From: Podarcis vaucheri
Lineage: Eukaryota
Assembly (NCBI GenBank): GCA_965113315.1
Contig: CBCOUM010000020.1
Direction: 5' to 3' (one strand)
Length of the DNA: 64,000 bases
Below are positions 37,101 to 52,585 of this stretch, piece after piece. Made by a program: the position numbers and the translations under genes. The notes beneath the pieces are model-generated. The model saw nothing but the letters and a program-made list of their open reading frames with translations. It made no database searches and had not been told where the DNA came from. How positions within the stretch are numbered: position 1 is the stretch's first letter; each line of letters begins with the position of its first letter.

Positions 37101-40100
37101 TGTGTGAGCAGCTTTTCTCTGAGTGCCTTGGATAAAGTTGAAATGTCCCCACAGCACAGGTGGGGGGCCTGCTGTGCGGATCCCCATCATGGAATTGACA
37201 TCCTCAAGAGACCCCAACCTACGTGCCTGGATCATTTAAATGTGACCCAAGTTGATTGCGGGAAAGAGACTCCCCAGGCACGTTTTTAGTGAATGACGCT
37301 CTAGGACTACAGAATTCCACAAGCACTACACTCCTTGAGGGGTAACAGGATATATGTGGTTCCATTCTCTTAATGCACCTCATGTTAGGAGTACTCACAC
37401 ATCAAATCATAGCTGTCCTGGTATTTTTCAAGGCAATACTGATCAGATAAGGCTTTCACATAATCTTCCTCTTTCTTCCACTTGGCAATAGCGGTGCTTA
37501 CGCCTTCTGAACTTTCAGATGTGCTGACTTCAGAGAGAGAAATCTGCTGAGTCATAAGAACCAATTCGGTCGATTTTTCAGGTTCCTCTACCTGATGAAA
37601 AAAAGTGGAATGGACATTGGAGAAAAGGAGGCTCATTTTTGATCCAGAAGGCTTTGCACTCTTGCTTAAGTACACTTATCGTTGCATCTTGGGTTTTCCT
37701 GAACCTTCAAGATTCTTGTCATTTAAGCAGACCTCCATAGTGTTGTTGCTTGTAATACGTATGTTAAAGGATATATGAGAAAATGGGCTAGAGTTATCCT
37801 CATCTTAAGCTTAATTTTTTCTCTCTGCCCTTTTCACTTTGATTTTAGCTAAGCGATCTGTCAAGTCGGTTTCAGAATTTTTGCAAATTCCTAAAGTCAG
37901 GGGGCCCTGGGAGAATAAAACAGGGTTCAGATAAGGAATTCAGAGGGCACTTAGCTAATCAGCAAGTAAAGACAACAATACTTTCTGGTAATATTTTCTG
38001 TTTAGGATATAAATGAGTGAAGATAGGGAATAACATTGGGGAGAATTAAAGTAATTCATATTTGGGAGAGTTAAAATAATTCAAAGGAACATCGTGCCCA
38101 CTACTTCAGTAATTTTACTTGAGCGTTACAATGAGATTCATCTACTTAAGATTAAGGGGCTAGTAATTTGAAACTTAAGTTGCTGTTTCCTCACCTGTAC
38201 ATCCTGAGAAGGCGCTGTGGAGAGATCTTTGGCATCATCCATTGTGATTGCTATATTAACCAAAGAAGAGGGGACTTGTTACTGGAAGGAACTGAGAAAC
38301 ATGACAAATATTGACTAGCCTTAATAAATATAAAGGCAGTGTGAAATGTATAGAGCCTCACAAGAAACACAAGCATTTCAAATACATGATTTAGTCTCCC
38401 ACTCAACTCATATTACCGAGCACCAATATAGTAATAATAAAAAACTATCAGGCTTTTCTTTTGTTTCATAATAGAATTTTGTCTGTTAATGGCAATGGTC
38501 TCCTGCATTTATGTGGATCTAGGTTTCCTTTGTAGAGAAAGCAGTACAGTGGTGCCCCGCAAGACGAATGCCTCGCAAGACGAAAAACTCACTAGACGAA
38601 AGAGTTTTCCGTTTTGGAGGTGCTTCGCAAAACGAATCTCCTATGGGCTTGCTTCGCAAGACGACAATGTCTTACGAGTTCCTGCGGGGTTTTTTTCCTC
38701 CCCCCCTTTTTCTAAGCCGCTAACCCGCTTATCAGCTGATCCGATAAACCGATAAGCCGCTAAAAGCCGCTAATAGCGCTAATCCTCTAATCTGTCAATG
38801 GGCTTGCTTCGCAAGACGAAAAAACCACTAGAGGAAGAGAATCACGGAACGGATTCTTTTCGTCTTGCGAGGCACCACTGTATTTAGGAAACATGCACAG
38901 TTAATTCATTTCTGTTTTAAGTGCCCATTAAAATATAGTTAAAATAAAGTTTTTATTCAGTACAGTCATAACTTGGTTGTCGAACGCCTTGCGACTCAAC
39001 CATTTTGGCTTCCAAACGCCGTAATCCCGGAAGTGAGATTACAGCATTTAATGCTGTATTGTTTTTAACACACTATTGGAAGCCGCTCAGAGTGGCTGGG
39101 GAAACTCAGCCAGATGGGCGGGGTATAAATAATAAATTATTATTATTACCGTATTTTTTGCACCATAACACTCACTTTTTCCCTCCTAGAAAGTAAGGGG
39201 AAATGTTTGTGCGTGTTATGGAGGGAATGCCTACGGGTGGCATGCCTACGGATTTTCCTCCTCTAAAAACTATGTGCGTGTTATGGTCGGGTGCGTGTTA
39301 TAGAGCGAAAAATACGGTATTAAGTGAGTGTTCTGGTTTGCAAACATTTTTTGGAACCCAAACATCCAACGCGGCTTCCAACCGAGTACAGGAAGCTCCT
39401 GCAGCCAATTGGAAGCTGCGCCTTTGTTTTCAAACATTTTCAGATATTGAACAAACTTCAGGAACCGATTCCGTTTGAAAACCAAGGTAGGCCTGTATAA
39501 CCTGACCACAAACCCACTAAGGCACCTGCCCAGATGTAAGCCCACTGACTTTCACTGAAGACAAAGGATCCTAACTGGTTTGTCTCGGCCTGAATAGACT
39601 TCTATTTTAGGGTTCTTAATAGTGATGGGGAGAGGGGAAGTCTACCAAGTAATTTGTTCACTGATTGCCACTTACCCCCCTGTTCTTCTAGGCTTCTTTG
39701 TGGCTCTTCATCCACGTTATCGCTCAGCACACAACCAGAAGGCATCGACTCTTGTCCTGCATCATGCTCTTTGATTGTAGGGAATTCTCCGTTATACAGG
39801 AATGTCTGAACTGTAGAGTCAGATGCAGGGCCAGAGACAGCTTTAAGATGAGGTATTGGATCGCTGAAAGTTGAAGGAGTCCACTCTCCTATTTGAATAC
39901 TCGACTGCGAGGCATGGCCAAAGAGACTCCATCGAGGCACGGAAACCTCCGAATCAGAAACCATGTCTCCAATTTTTATGTGCGACTGAGAGGCGTGCCC
40001 GTGAATATTCCAGCGAGGTCGCGAGGACACAACATCAGACGTATTTTCCCCAACTCTGATATTAGCGTCCGACGCGTGGCCATGGATGTTCCAGCGAGGT

Positions 40101-43100
40101 CTAGCCGGCTCTATATTGGACACATACTCGCCAATCTTAATATTGGCATCCGAAGCATGGCCGTGGATATTCCACCTTGGCCTTGATGGCTCGAACTCCG
40201 AGGCATATTCTCCAATCTGAATATGAGCGGCAGAGACATGCCCGTGGATATTCCAGCGTGGGCGGCTAGGTTCGACCTCGGAAGCATACTGTCCAATTTT
40301 GATGTGTGCATCCGAGGAGTGGCCATGAGGGTTTGAATGCGGATGGGAGAGGTCAGCGTCAGGTACGTATTCCCCAATTTTAATATTTGCATCAGACGCA
40401 TGGCCGTGAATGTTCCAGCGAGGTACCCTGTCCTCAACATCAAAGACGTTTTCTCCAGCTGCAACATGGCTGTGCGAGACTGAAGGCCTGAGAACAGTAT
40501 TAAAGTCATACCCGTCGTATTCGGAGACTTGGGTACCGGTTTCCCCTTCTGCCGCACCTTTCAGTGCAGAACTGTTTTCATCTGTCTGACCGTGCAAGGA
40601 AAGATCTGAACTGATATTCTGCAGGGCTTCATCCAACAAGTTGGTCTCTTGGGCACTGGGGGCAACAAATGTTTCTTCCTGACGCTTTGGTAAAAAATCT
40701 TCAAAATCCAGACCAAGTTCAGATACACGCTTTGGCAGAGTAGCTGCTTGCTCCGTATGGAGTACCTGAGATGCAGTTTCTGTTTCTTCGGACTCTGAAT
40801 AATCATTAGACTGTATATTTGTTGCCTGCAGTAAGCCTGGGGATATCACTAGTTGAGATTCTGGGTCTCTGCCGATGTCCACACCATCAGGACACTCGGG
40901 CTCTGCAGAAGTTAACTGAAAAGGAAAAAAGAAAGAAAATTAATTACTAGAACAGATATGCAACTCACTTATACAGCTGGGATATCTCCACCTTCATTAT
41001 TTCATCCATAGTTTCTGAAACTACCTTTTAATAGTTTTATATCACTGTTTATTTTTTAAGCAGTTTAGGGTTATTATCATCTTCACCGAGCTTTACAAAT
41101 GCTCCAGTAGCTACTTCAATCACTATGGAAACAGTTGATATTTGCTTGCATAACCAGCTGTATTGTTCGGATATCGATATCAAGTGAAAACAAAGACCTC
41201 TGTCTGAAATGCTGGTTTCTACATTTTTTTTAAATTGCACAATCCATAACCCAACAGTGTAACACTTGCTCAAGAAAAAGAAGATAGGCATAGAGAACAA
41301 ATGGCAGGCTATTCTGTACCTACTATTCACACTAACATGCAATATGGTCCTCAAAGCTCCCAATTTAAAACCAGAATAACAGGCCACTTTATAAACTCCC
41401 CTCCTTACAGGTATGATGGCAGTTCTACTGGGCTATAAAACAGGCACCCCCAAACTCAGCCCTCCAGATGTTTTGGGACTACAATTCCCATCATCCCTTA
41501 CCACTGGCCCTGTTAGCTAGAGATGATGGGAGTTGTAGTCCCAAAACATCTGGAGGGCCGAGTTTGGCGATGCCTGCTCTAAAATGTGGGTCTTACTGTG
41601 CACACTGTGACATGCAATCTTACAAAGCACAGATCACAAAAAGAGGAGGAAAGCAAAAAGAAAGGGAAGTTCTAGGAGTGCCCAGAAATGACTAAATGGT
41701 GATCTAAACATCAATAAATCTGACACATATAGTACAAAATGCCAGAAGAACAGGGGGTGGTGAACCAGCAGTTTGGCAACTCCCATCATCCCTCACCACA
41801 GGCTATGCAGGATGTTGCTGATGAGAATTGGAGTCCAACAACATCTGGAGGGTCACGTTACCCACTTTTACTATAAAATACAATGTTTTACTCAGCCAAA
41901 TCTTAAAGGAACAACTCTACCTTTTACTCTAACCCAAAAGATTTGTACCCTTGAATGGATCTACAAAGGATATATGCAGACAATAGTCCCATATAGCTGG
42001 AGTTGAAAGGAAATAGGATTAAAGCTTGAGGCATAAACCTCAAAGAGTACGGGAGATAAAATAACTCTTTACCGAAAGACTCAGAAATAGTGCAAAAAAA
42101 GTTACAGACTTAAAAAACTGTTTTTGAGATAAATAATACAGCAGATGTCTCAAAAATGTTAATAATGGAATATAAGTAAAACCATTTTATGGGAGCAATT
42201 TATATCAGCCTGTCTGAACAAAGAAAGAATTAAGAAAAGCATATATGAAAGAAATAGAGGAGTTAGAAAAGAAACATTAAAAAAGAAAACAAGATTAAAA
42301 GATGACTTTTAAAAAAAATAAAAAATGGTAACAAATACAGAGAAGATAGCTGAAGAGTTTATTACATAATATATTACTTTATTTAAATAATAAAACCTGA
42401 AAAAATGGGATACTTATGAATGAATGGATGGATGAATGGGAAAGTAGTCCTTGCCACAGGTGAATCAAGAAGATGATGGTGTTTATGGAACAGGAGTTTT
42501 CTTAAAGGAACACCAACCTGAATGCTGGAATCACTGACTGGCACAACTGCGGCAGAAGTCTGCTGACACCACCCTTCCCCAATGTCTGCTTTCCTCCTAT
42601 ACTTTCCACCTGGAAGTTTCTCAAGCATGTCCTACACATCAAATGAAAAAGATCAAAGATTTATACATACCAATGCATACATAAATAACCACTGTCAATG
42701 TGCTTTCTAAAAAAAAGCAACAGCAGCAGCATTTAAGCTACCTCGGTACGCTTTTGATCTTCCATCAAAAATTTGAGACGGGCCGTTTCCAATTTGTGCC
42801 TCTGAATTTTCCATAGGGCTTTTCTCTCTCTACGGGCTGCCTCTTCGGAGAGTTTGCTATAGTGGTCAATCAGCTCTTCCCTGAGTGAAAAGAAAGGTTA
42901 GAATAACTTCACCCTGTATTTTTACAGGATATATACCATGATAGAGCAGAGTACAACAGGAAGGCATTTAGAGTACTTAGGCTACCATCCAGAGTAAAAA
43001 TGTAGCTCACAAGCTCAAAATTTAGTGAGCTAGCAAGTAGAAAAAATTATCAATGCATCATATAACATGTTGAAGTTCCTAAGCAACCAATGCTCACTGA

Positions 43101-44805
43101 AAAATAAATAATTCTAAACCTAATTATAAATTTTGGGGACGCAGGTGGCGCTGTGGGTTAAACCACAGAGCCTAGGACTTGCCGATCAGAAGGTCGGTGG
43201 TTCGAATCCCCGCAACGGGGTGAGCTCCCATTGCTCAGTCCCTGCTCCTGCCAACCTAGCAGTTCAAAAGCACGTCAAAGTGCAAGTAGATAAATAGGTA
43301 CCGCTCCAGTGGGAAGGTAAACAGTGTTTCCGTGTGCTGCTCTGGTTCGCCAGAAGTGGCTTAGTCATGCTGGCCACATGACCCAGAAGCTGCACGCCGG
43401 CTCCCTCGGCCAATAAAGCGAGATGAGCGCCGCAACCCCAGAGTCGATCATGACTGGACCTAATGGTCAGGGGTCCCTTTACCTTTACTTATAAATTAAA
43501 CAGGTGAAAATTTGGGAGCTTTGTGTCTGTTCTGTTTTCAAATGATACATACACTGTGCTGTGCAGTCAGATATTTGTACAAGCTTAATGCTGTTCTGTA
43601 ACAGATCAAACACAAGAAAAGCACCTTAAAGCTGTATAGTTTTGGCTGTTCACTAAATACCAATGGCTACAACGTACTCAAAGTTATACCATTTTTCATT
43701 CAGAACTGGCAGCACACAGTTGAGTCAATAACAGGGCTGAGTTTAGACTAGCAGGGCGGCAGCTCTCAGCTGACTTCCACATTGCTGCTGCATATCGGGG
43801 TGAGGTTGGCATGGTGCAGGCACATGAGCAGAGCCGATAAAAGTGTATCTACACTCGCAACCACCATATTGTTCCAACTCTGATATGCAGCAGCTGGGCT
43901 GCCAAGACAAAACAATGTAAAGACTTCTGGTACGACATACACAGCAGCTAGGCTGGCAGAGCATAAGGGGAAGTTTGTAGCTTATTAGCAAAACCTTCTT
44001 CCATTCTGAAAGATGAGAAACTGGACTATCCATTTTCCAGCTTGGAAGCAATTTTTGTAAACATACAACTGCTTGGTACAAAATTTTGAACTTGCAATTT
44101 TAACAGCCTTCCTTCCTTCCACACTTTTACCTTGCCCTTTTCTCCAATTCCTCTTCCAAAGCCTTCAGTCTTCTTTCCCTCTCTCTCAGTTCCCGAGCAT
44201 AACTGAAATCATCATCAGTCTCCTCCTGTTTCAGAGCACGTCGGCGCTACATAAACATTTAAGAAAGCTTTAGAAACCACATTCCAAAGCACACATTGTG
44301 CTCTGCATATTTTTATCCAAGCAAGTTCTATATAAAGATTCTCTGTCTCCTAACGTTGCTAGCAGAAAACACACGTTGCAAATACCTCTTTATCTTTTTC
44401 AAATTGTTCTTTCAATTTCTGAAACTGCTCACGCTTCTTTGCATCCAGCACCATTTTCTCTGATATTTGTTGATCTGACACAAAAATTCAAGATGCAGCA
44501 ATGTTAAAAAGAAATAAAAAGAAACAGTCGCTGTGAAAAACCAACTGGACTGCAAAGGCACCTGTAGCTTACCAGTAAAGGCTTTTAGAGCTTTGGTAGC
44601 TGTTTCTCGAGCGTGGAAAATTAGCTCCTGTTTTTCAATTTCCATGCGCAAGTCCTAGGAAGCAATTTCACAGGATTTAATGTGGTTTTCAAGCATAACT
44701 CGGGTCAGTTCAACTTTATTAATAATCCACTAACCCTCAAACATTTGGATTTCATACAGTGGGCGGAAATAAACACAAAAATACGGAAAGGTCAATTTTC
44801 AGTAC

Positions 44806-44839
<34 letters not shown>

Positions 44840-47800
44840 AGCACAAGATTAAAAACAAAAAACCCTAGCATCCATTATGTCAAAATTGCTTAGAAACCTT
44901 TATAGCTAGAACATAAATTACAACCAATTCATTTATCTGATGGTTCAGGACCCACTAAAGGCTCACAACCCAATCAATAGTGGAATGCAAAAGTATCATT
45001 TCTGCTATACAAACATATGATTAAAAATTGAGAAGCAGGTTCTCAAATGCATGTTTTGTTAACTGAAGGTTCTAGGTCATAAAAGATTGAAGACTACTGG
45101 TGTAAAAAGGCTGTACACCACTCTGAGAAGGGTGTGATCAAAGAAGAAACAAGTCTGGTTCTGTCACCTCTATTAAAAAATACACAACTCTTTACTGACA
45201 CACAGAGATATAGAAGATTTGCTTATGGAGTGCCATTAAGTCTTCCTTCCAAAAACAGCTGACGGGAGAACATTGAAGTGAATGAATATAAAGGCTTTCC
45301 TGTATTTGGGGACAAATCAAAAACCCAAAGCATGTATTCAGGTGTGCAATGTCATGAAGGAAGAACAAGTTATCAAGTAAACAACTTAAAGAAACTATCG
45401 TACCTATAAATGCAGGGTCTTAACTGAAACAATTACAGTATTGATAGGTAAAATAAAGCTTGGCTTTTCATTTGTCTGGGCCTAAGACCCTATCTGCCTG
45501 CAGACTGTCTCGCCAGAGTGGTGCATGCTCTGGTTATCTCCCGCTTGGACTACTGCAATGCGCTCTACGTGGGGGTACCTTTGAAGGTGACCCGGAAACT
45601 ACAACTAATCCAGAATGCGGCAGCCAGACTGGTGACTGGGAGCGGCCGCCAAGACCATATAACACCGGTCTTGAAAGACCTACATTGGCTCCCAGTACGT
45701 TTCCAAGCACAATTCAAAGTGTTGGTGCTGACCTTTAAAGCCCTAAACGGCCTCGGTCCAGTATATCTGAAGGAGCATCTCCACCCCCATCGTTCTGCCC
45801 GGACACTGAGGTCCAGCTCCGAGGGCCTTCTGGCGGTTCTCTCACTGTGAAAGGCCAAGTTACAGGGAACCAGGCAGAGGGCCTTCTCGGTAGTGGCGCC
45901 CGCCCTGTGGAACGCCCTCCCATCAGATGTCAAAGCGATAAACAACTACCTGACATTCAGAAGACATCTGAAGGCAGCCCTGTTCAGAGAAGTTTTTAAT
46001 ATGTGACATTTTAGTGTATTTTTCATCTTTGTTGGAAGCCGCCCAGAGTGGCTGGGGAAACCCAGCCAGATGGGCGGGGTACAATTAATTAATTAATTAA
46101 TTAATTAAAAATAATCATCTGCTGCGCCAGTAGCACCCTAATGCCTATGCCAAGGCAGCATGCTTTCTCACTTGTCCCAGTGAAATTAATGACATTTTCG
46201 AACACACATGCGCAAGGACCACACTGTTGTTTTCGATGCACCATACAAAGGCAGAGTCCACGTTCTGGGCAGTGGCACTTTCCTGACACAAAAAAAGATT
46301 TATTTGGTTGAGTCAGTTTACCTTTTCCTCCTTGCTGATGGTACTATAGCGTGCGATTCTTTCCATTCGGCCCACGTACACTGCACAATCTCTCTCAATC
46401 TCTCTCAATTCATCGAGGGAGAAGATGACAGAAATCCGAGGAACGGGGATGTCGGACCAGCAGATGTAGTGCTGCAAAATGTTTTAATGTTGTATTTTAA
46501 TCTTGTTTTTAAGTTGTATTTCAATCAATTTGTTTTTATATTGGCTGTTAGCTGCCCTGAGCCCAGTCTTGGCTGGGTAGGGCGGGGTATAAATAAAATT
46601 AATTATTATTATTATCATTATTATTAAAGAGCAGCAGTAAACATCTGAAGAATGCAATCCAAGTTTTCATGCACTTTAGAACTGGAAACCTATTGGTAGG
46701 GTCTCGTTCAGTCTTAAGTCTGTTGTGGACTGGGGGTGGGAATCCTCATGACCTGGGCCTGGAACAAATGTGGCCCCCCAGGCCTCCCTAAATGGCCCTC
46801 AGGGATCTCCCCAGGCCACATCCCTCCCTATCCAGGCTACACTCTCTCCTCTAGTTCTGCTGCCTGACCAGAGAGATGTGTACTGTATGTGTAGAAATGC
46901 ATGTGCGGCTGGCCCTAGTCAAATATAAGAGTAACATCACTTGTTCCATGTGCCACTGACATGGGTTCCCTGGAAGGGATTGTGGCCTTTGGGCTTAAAA
47001 GAGTTATCCGCCCTTGTGACAGTATTTATTATATTATTCCATTCACTGCTGGGCTGTGGGACTATAGTGACTGTTTCTGATGTTCTTTGTGGAACGTTTT
47101 GTCGTGAACACCTCCATGGGATATGCTTTGTTGTTTCTTTCAGATTGTTTCATTGTGAAAGGTTCGTCCGGTTAGTTTAGATCAAACATAAGGCAGCCAA
47201 TTATGAAGTGAGAATTTTAAACTTACGTTCCACGATAACGTGATACGGAAGACAAGCAACATATTCATGATATGACAGAGAGCAAGCACAGAATGATTTG
47301 TGGTAAAAAAAAATCAAATCATAATTAAGCCTATGAAGAGATGCTCTACTTGGAAGTCTATCTTTGCATTAAAAATGAGGGGGAAGCAAAGAATTCAGCT
47401 TTTTATTTAAATTAGCTGTCACTTAGTCTTCAGTTTAAGAAACATTCTAAACTAAAAGATTCCTGTAATTGGGGTGTGTGTGTAATTGAGCTGTTGTTTT
47501 TATTTTGATTATATATATCGTGGTTTTTATGTTGATCTTTTCTGTGGACCGCCCTGAGACCTCCTGGTATAGCGTGGTATATAAATTCAATAAATAATAA
47601 TAATAATAATAGCTTGATCTTGGCCAATAACAGAATAATCTCGGTAGAAAGGTCCTATAATACATTTGGGTGGGACAGTGGCTTACAGTCCAGGAGCAAG
47701 GAATTTCTATGTATGAAATTAACCCAAAATATGGACGTGCTGCATGAATGTCATAGTTAGGGAAGGTGTTCTCAGCCTATCCGAGAGACTGCAAGGGGAG

Positions 47801-50800
47801 TCATAGTCTCTTCAGCTAAAACTGACTTTCCAAGGGTATATGACTTCAAATGTACTTGAAAACAATGCTTACTCCATGATTTTCAAGAGCAAGGGGTACT
47901 TACCCTGGGACAACACAACTTGAGCAAGTTTATGGTTTTCCCACAAATGTAGACATCATTAGCAATATGTTTCAAAAACACAGGCACACAGTCTTCTACT
48001 TCCTTGGAAATTAAAACGTACCCATGGGTCCAGTAGTGTTTGTCTAGAGATCCAAAAGGACAGAGAGGTCAGAAAGTGAGGCATATAAAGAGTACTTTGG
48101 TGTATTAAGTTTATTAATTCAATAAAAGTGAAACTATTATCGATTTGTTGAACAGAACCCAATGATTTACTTTGCAATCACTCTATTTCATTTCAAGCAA
48201 AATCCACAACCTCATCCAGATGATGCACCTTGTGACTGGCATCAGGAATATGGCAACACTAGTGTCATTAATGTCTAGTGTCTTGTGATATTGTTAGCTG
48301 TATAACCTCTGAGAATACAGCTTGGTTAAGAGCAGCTTAGTTTATGAACAACTTGGACTCAGAACGCTGCAAACCCAGAAGTAGGTGTTTTGGTTTGTGA
48401 ACTTTGCCTTGGAAGCAGAACATGTTCCACTTCCTGTTGAGTGTGTTCCATTTGTAAATTGAGTCCCCTGCTGCTATGGGAAAGTCTTTACTTTAATGCT
48501 TTACTTTAAGAACAGACTTCCAGAACAGATTAAGTTCGTAAACCAAGGTACTGCTGTATTTACTTAGCACTAGTTCTAAAAAGGTTTTCTTTGTTTCTCT
48601 TTGTTCTTAAGTCCACTAGCCAAGTCCACAAAACAAGAGCGCATGTGGTGAAAAGGGAAATAGGCACAATATACATACGTGTTTTGAACAACACACACAG
48701 AAACAGCTAAATACTGTATTTTTCGCCCTATAGGACGCACTTTTCCCCCTCCAAAAATGAAGGGGAAATGTGTGTGCGTCCTATGGGGCGAATGCAGGCT
48801 TCAGGAGAGCCCCACCGCCAGCCCCACAAGCTCAGGGGACAGCAGGGAGGTGGAACGCTGCCATCCCGCTGTCCCCCAACTTGGTTAGAAGGCTGGCGGG
48901 AGGGAGAAGCCTGCTCCTCCCTGTCACCAGCCCCGCAAGCTCCCAGAGCAATGCCAAAGCTGCAAGCAGCTTCGGCATCACTCTGGGTCCCGTTCTGGGA
49001 GCTGGGGTCGGGGGAAGCTCGGGCTTCCCCCGCCCCAGCCCCGCGCCGGGGAAAAAAAATAATTTCCCCCCCTTTATTCCCCCCCCCCAATCTAGGTGCG
49101 TCCTATGGGCCGGTGCGCCCTATAGGGCGAAAAATACGGTACACAAAGAAAAGAAAAACAAACATGGTGTTACGTGTAAAAGAAAGTTAATGCCATCTCC
49201 CAGGGAAACGGTAATGGAATAAATCAACTATAACTTTTCCAGTTGTCTGGCATAGGCCCTTAAGTCACTAGCCAGAGGAGAAAGCAAGGGAGCCACAGTG
49301 ATCATGCCTGGATTCAAGGAAGGCAGGAAGTGAGCTAGAGCATCACTGGAGATGCCAGCTTCCAAAGCTTTCATTCCTGCCATTCCCTGCTAGTCAAAGG
49401 GTAATTTCAAAAGAAAGCAATTCATTTGTAACATACCTCTAAAGCCAAGATAATCCTCATTCACCTGAATCATGAATTCACCATACACGTCTCTGAATAC
49501 ACCGCTATAAACCCAATCGTGTATAAACCTAAAGGCAAAAGGTTGAATGTTGAAAAAGGTGTTTTATAAAAAGGTAAAGGACCCCTGACAGTTAAGTCCA
49601 GTCACGAACGACTCTGGGGTTGCAGTGCTCATCTTGCTTTATGGATTGAGGGAGCCGATGTTTGTCAGCAGACAGTTTTTCCGGTCACGTGGCCAGCAAG
49701 ACTAAGCCGCTTCTGGTGAAAACAGAGCAGCACACGGAAACGCCGTTTACCTTCCCACCACTTTGACATGCTTTCGAACTGCTAGGTGGGCAGGAGCTGG
49801 GGGAGCTCACCCCATCGTGGGGATTCGAACCGCCAACCTTCCGATCGGCAAGCTGTCGGCTCAGTGGTTTAGACCACAGCACCACCCGCATCCCTGTATT
49901 TTATAAACACCCTCTTAAATAAGGGTATGCTGTCCAAACAGAAAACAGATCTGATAAAAATACTACCACTAAAATAGCTATTCAGGTTAGATAGCAACTG
50001 TAAAGACCTATGGCTCAGGTTCAAAACGGTCCCCAAAGAAGATACCTGAATGCTATAACTGCTCAGTTTTTCACTGGTACTGAAAGAGATAGATTAACTA
50101 TCATGTCAAGCAGAGTCTCATATTAATTGGGATTTCTGCTTTGATACTTGAGGTTTCCAGAAGGGTCTCTCAGTGTCTTGATCGTTGTATAAGCATTTAA
50201 ATAATAATAATATGCCATTCTGAAATACACAGAGAATTATTTTAGTGTGCAGAAAGAAAAAACTTTTAAAAGTCCCAGAACATATTTCAGTAAGCATAGA
50301 CCATTTTAAGATTTTTGCTACAATCCTATACCCACTGATCAAGGAGTAAGGTCAACTGAAATTAATAGGACCTGAGAATATGCAAATAGGAGTGAATTGC
50401 TAGCTTTATTTCAGTACACTAAAATAAGGCTACCGCCATTCAGAAATTCCAGCTCCTTTTAAGAACTCACAGGAACGCCATCTATAGGAAATGCATTAGA
50501 TCATCTTTGTAACAGCAGTTCCACGGTGTACAATTTTAAACTGAAATACTTACCGTGTATATGGTTCACAGCTTGTTTTTAGTAGGGAGAGAAGAACTGG
50601 GTAATGTTCATTGCTGCAGTTATTAAGAGCTTCTTGGTATAGATAGGAAAGTAGTTTCACACCCTGAAATAAATGCATAAGCCACTCATTGAAAGGAAAA
50701 CAATAAACACGTATAGGTACTTCCGATGATGCTTAGCTTCATTGGATAGTTTTATTGCATTGGCAGGACTCAGCTGGAAGTGCTGGTTTGGCTGGAAAAA

Positions 50801-52549
50801 TCCTTAAAGCCTTTTCTTGGCTTTTGGAGATACCTTTTTATTAATGCTGAATGAAAGCAGAAATGTGCTCCTCCTAACTATATTTCTTTTAAAACCAATA
50901 CATTCCGACACGTCTATACAATTTGACATGGTTTTTTTAAAATACTGATGAGCAGACACATTACAAGCTGATTCAGTGGTGGAAATCACTTTTCTTAGAA
51001 ATGGAAGCATACAGAATGGAAACAAAACCCAAAGCGTTCTGAGATTGCTTGCTTACGTTTGAATCACACCTAGTCGTTTCATGCTTAAAAATGCACACCA
51101 CTCGGTTGGCTGCGACTGCAAAGAGAAGCGGAATCATACTCACTGTTGGAAATGAAGCAGCAGCAGTTCCCTGCGCAGTCACTCCTATGCCGCACAGTTC
51201 AGCTATATACCTTCACAAAACACAACAGCAGCAAATTACACTTGCGTGGTACCTTTAAGAGCATGGGGTGGGAGCAAGACCTGTGGACCCCCAGATTACA
51301 ATGTCTATCACTCCTGGCTATTGGCCATGCTGGCTGGAGCTGATAGGAGGTGGAATCTAAGACCCAGAGAGCCACAGCTTCCTGTTTAAGAGCCTAAGAA
51401 CCAGTTTACTGGACCTTCCAGGCTCAAATTCTTTCTCCCCCAGTGGAAAACTAAATGCTTCTGCGAAGTTCACAAACTATCTGTTTTTCAGCTGGTGCTG
51501 AGATGTATAACAAGGCAAAAAGATAAAGGACCCCTAGATGGTTAAGCCCTGTCATAGGCAACTATGGGGTTGTGGCGCTCATCTCACATTCAGGCCGAGG
51601 GAGCCGGCGTTTGTCCACAGACAGCTTTCCGGGTCATGTGGCCAGCATGACTAAACCACTTCTGGCACAACGAAACACCGTGACAGAAACCAGAGTGTAC
51701 AGTAATGGCATTTACCTTCCTACCACAGTGGTACCTATTTATCTACTTGCGATGGCATGATTTTGAACTGCTAGGCTAGCAGGAGCTGGGACAGAGCAAC
51801 GGGAGCTCACTCCATCGCAGGGATTCAAACTGCAAATCTTCTGATCGGCAAGCCCAAGAGGCTCAGTGGTTTAGACCACAGCGCCACCCACATCCCTACA
51901 GATGTATAGCAACTCTGTCAGTGAAGGTTCCATTTAGCTATCAAGCCTAACAGCTGCCAATAGACCTACATACTTTTGCCTAATCCCTTTTTTTAAAAAG
52001 CTACGTAAGCAAGTAGGCAACACCATATCAACACTAACGCTTACCGCACCATCCAAACTGTTCTTAAAAATGTCTTCAATTTCAGCCACACTGTCTAATT
52101 AACGGCCTTGTTTTCAACTCCATCAACTGATTGTTCCAGTTTGCAAATGTTCTTTGGAACCTGAAGGTCTGTCGCGGCTTCCGATTGGCTGCAGGGGCAT
52201 CCTGCAGCCAATCGGTAGCTGCACCTTGGTTACCAAACATTTTGGAAGTTGAACGGACTTCCGGAATGGATTCCGTTTGACTTCCAAGGTACGACTGTGT
52301 ATATATGCTCCAAACTTGGGAAGCTGTTATGGCTACACTACAGCAGCTTTATTGTTATTCGAAAGTTACAATACAGTTACAATGCAATACATTTTCTATC
52401 AATATCTCAGCTTTTCAACACGTGTCAATTTGCCTAGTAAAATACACTTCTGGAACAGTAGCCAGCTCCCCACATATATATGCAGTACCAGGAAATAAAG
52501 AAATAATCCAAGTTAAATGGCAAAAACAGCCCAAAAAAGTGTGAAAACT

Positions 52550-52585
<36 letters not shown>

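Noticed and set aside
38251-38283. Upstream alternative acceptor for TUBGCP6 exon 17
   Set aside because: Introduces an in-frame TAA
39860-40426. Regular repeats as a CRISPR-like array
   Set aside because: Vertebrate DNA; in-frame 81-bp coding repeats with no repeat-spacer structure
41049-41387. 112-aa minus-strand ORF as an extra TUBGCP6 exon
   Set aside because: Phase-0 readings from available acceptors hit stops; flanking exons already join in frame
43136-43215. tRNA gene (A/B boxes)
   Set aside because: It is the tRNA-derived head of a SINE; same for 52917-52975
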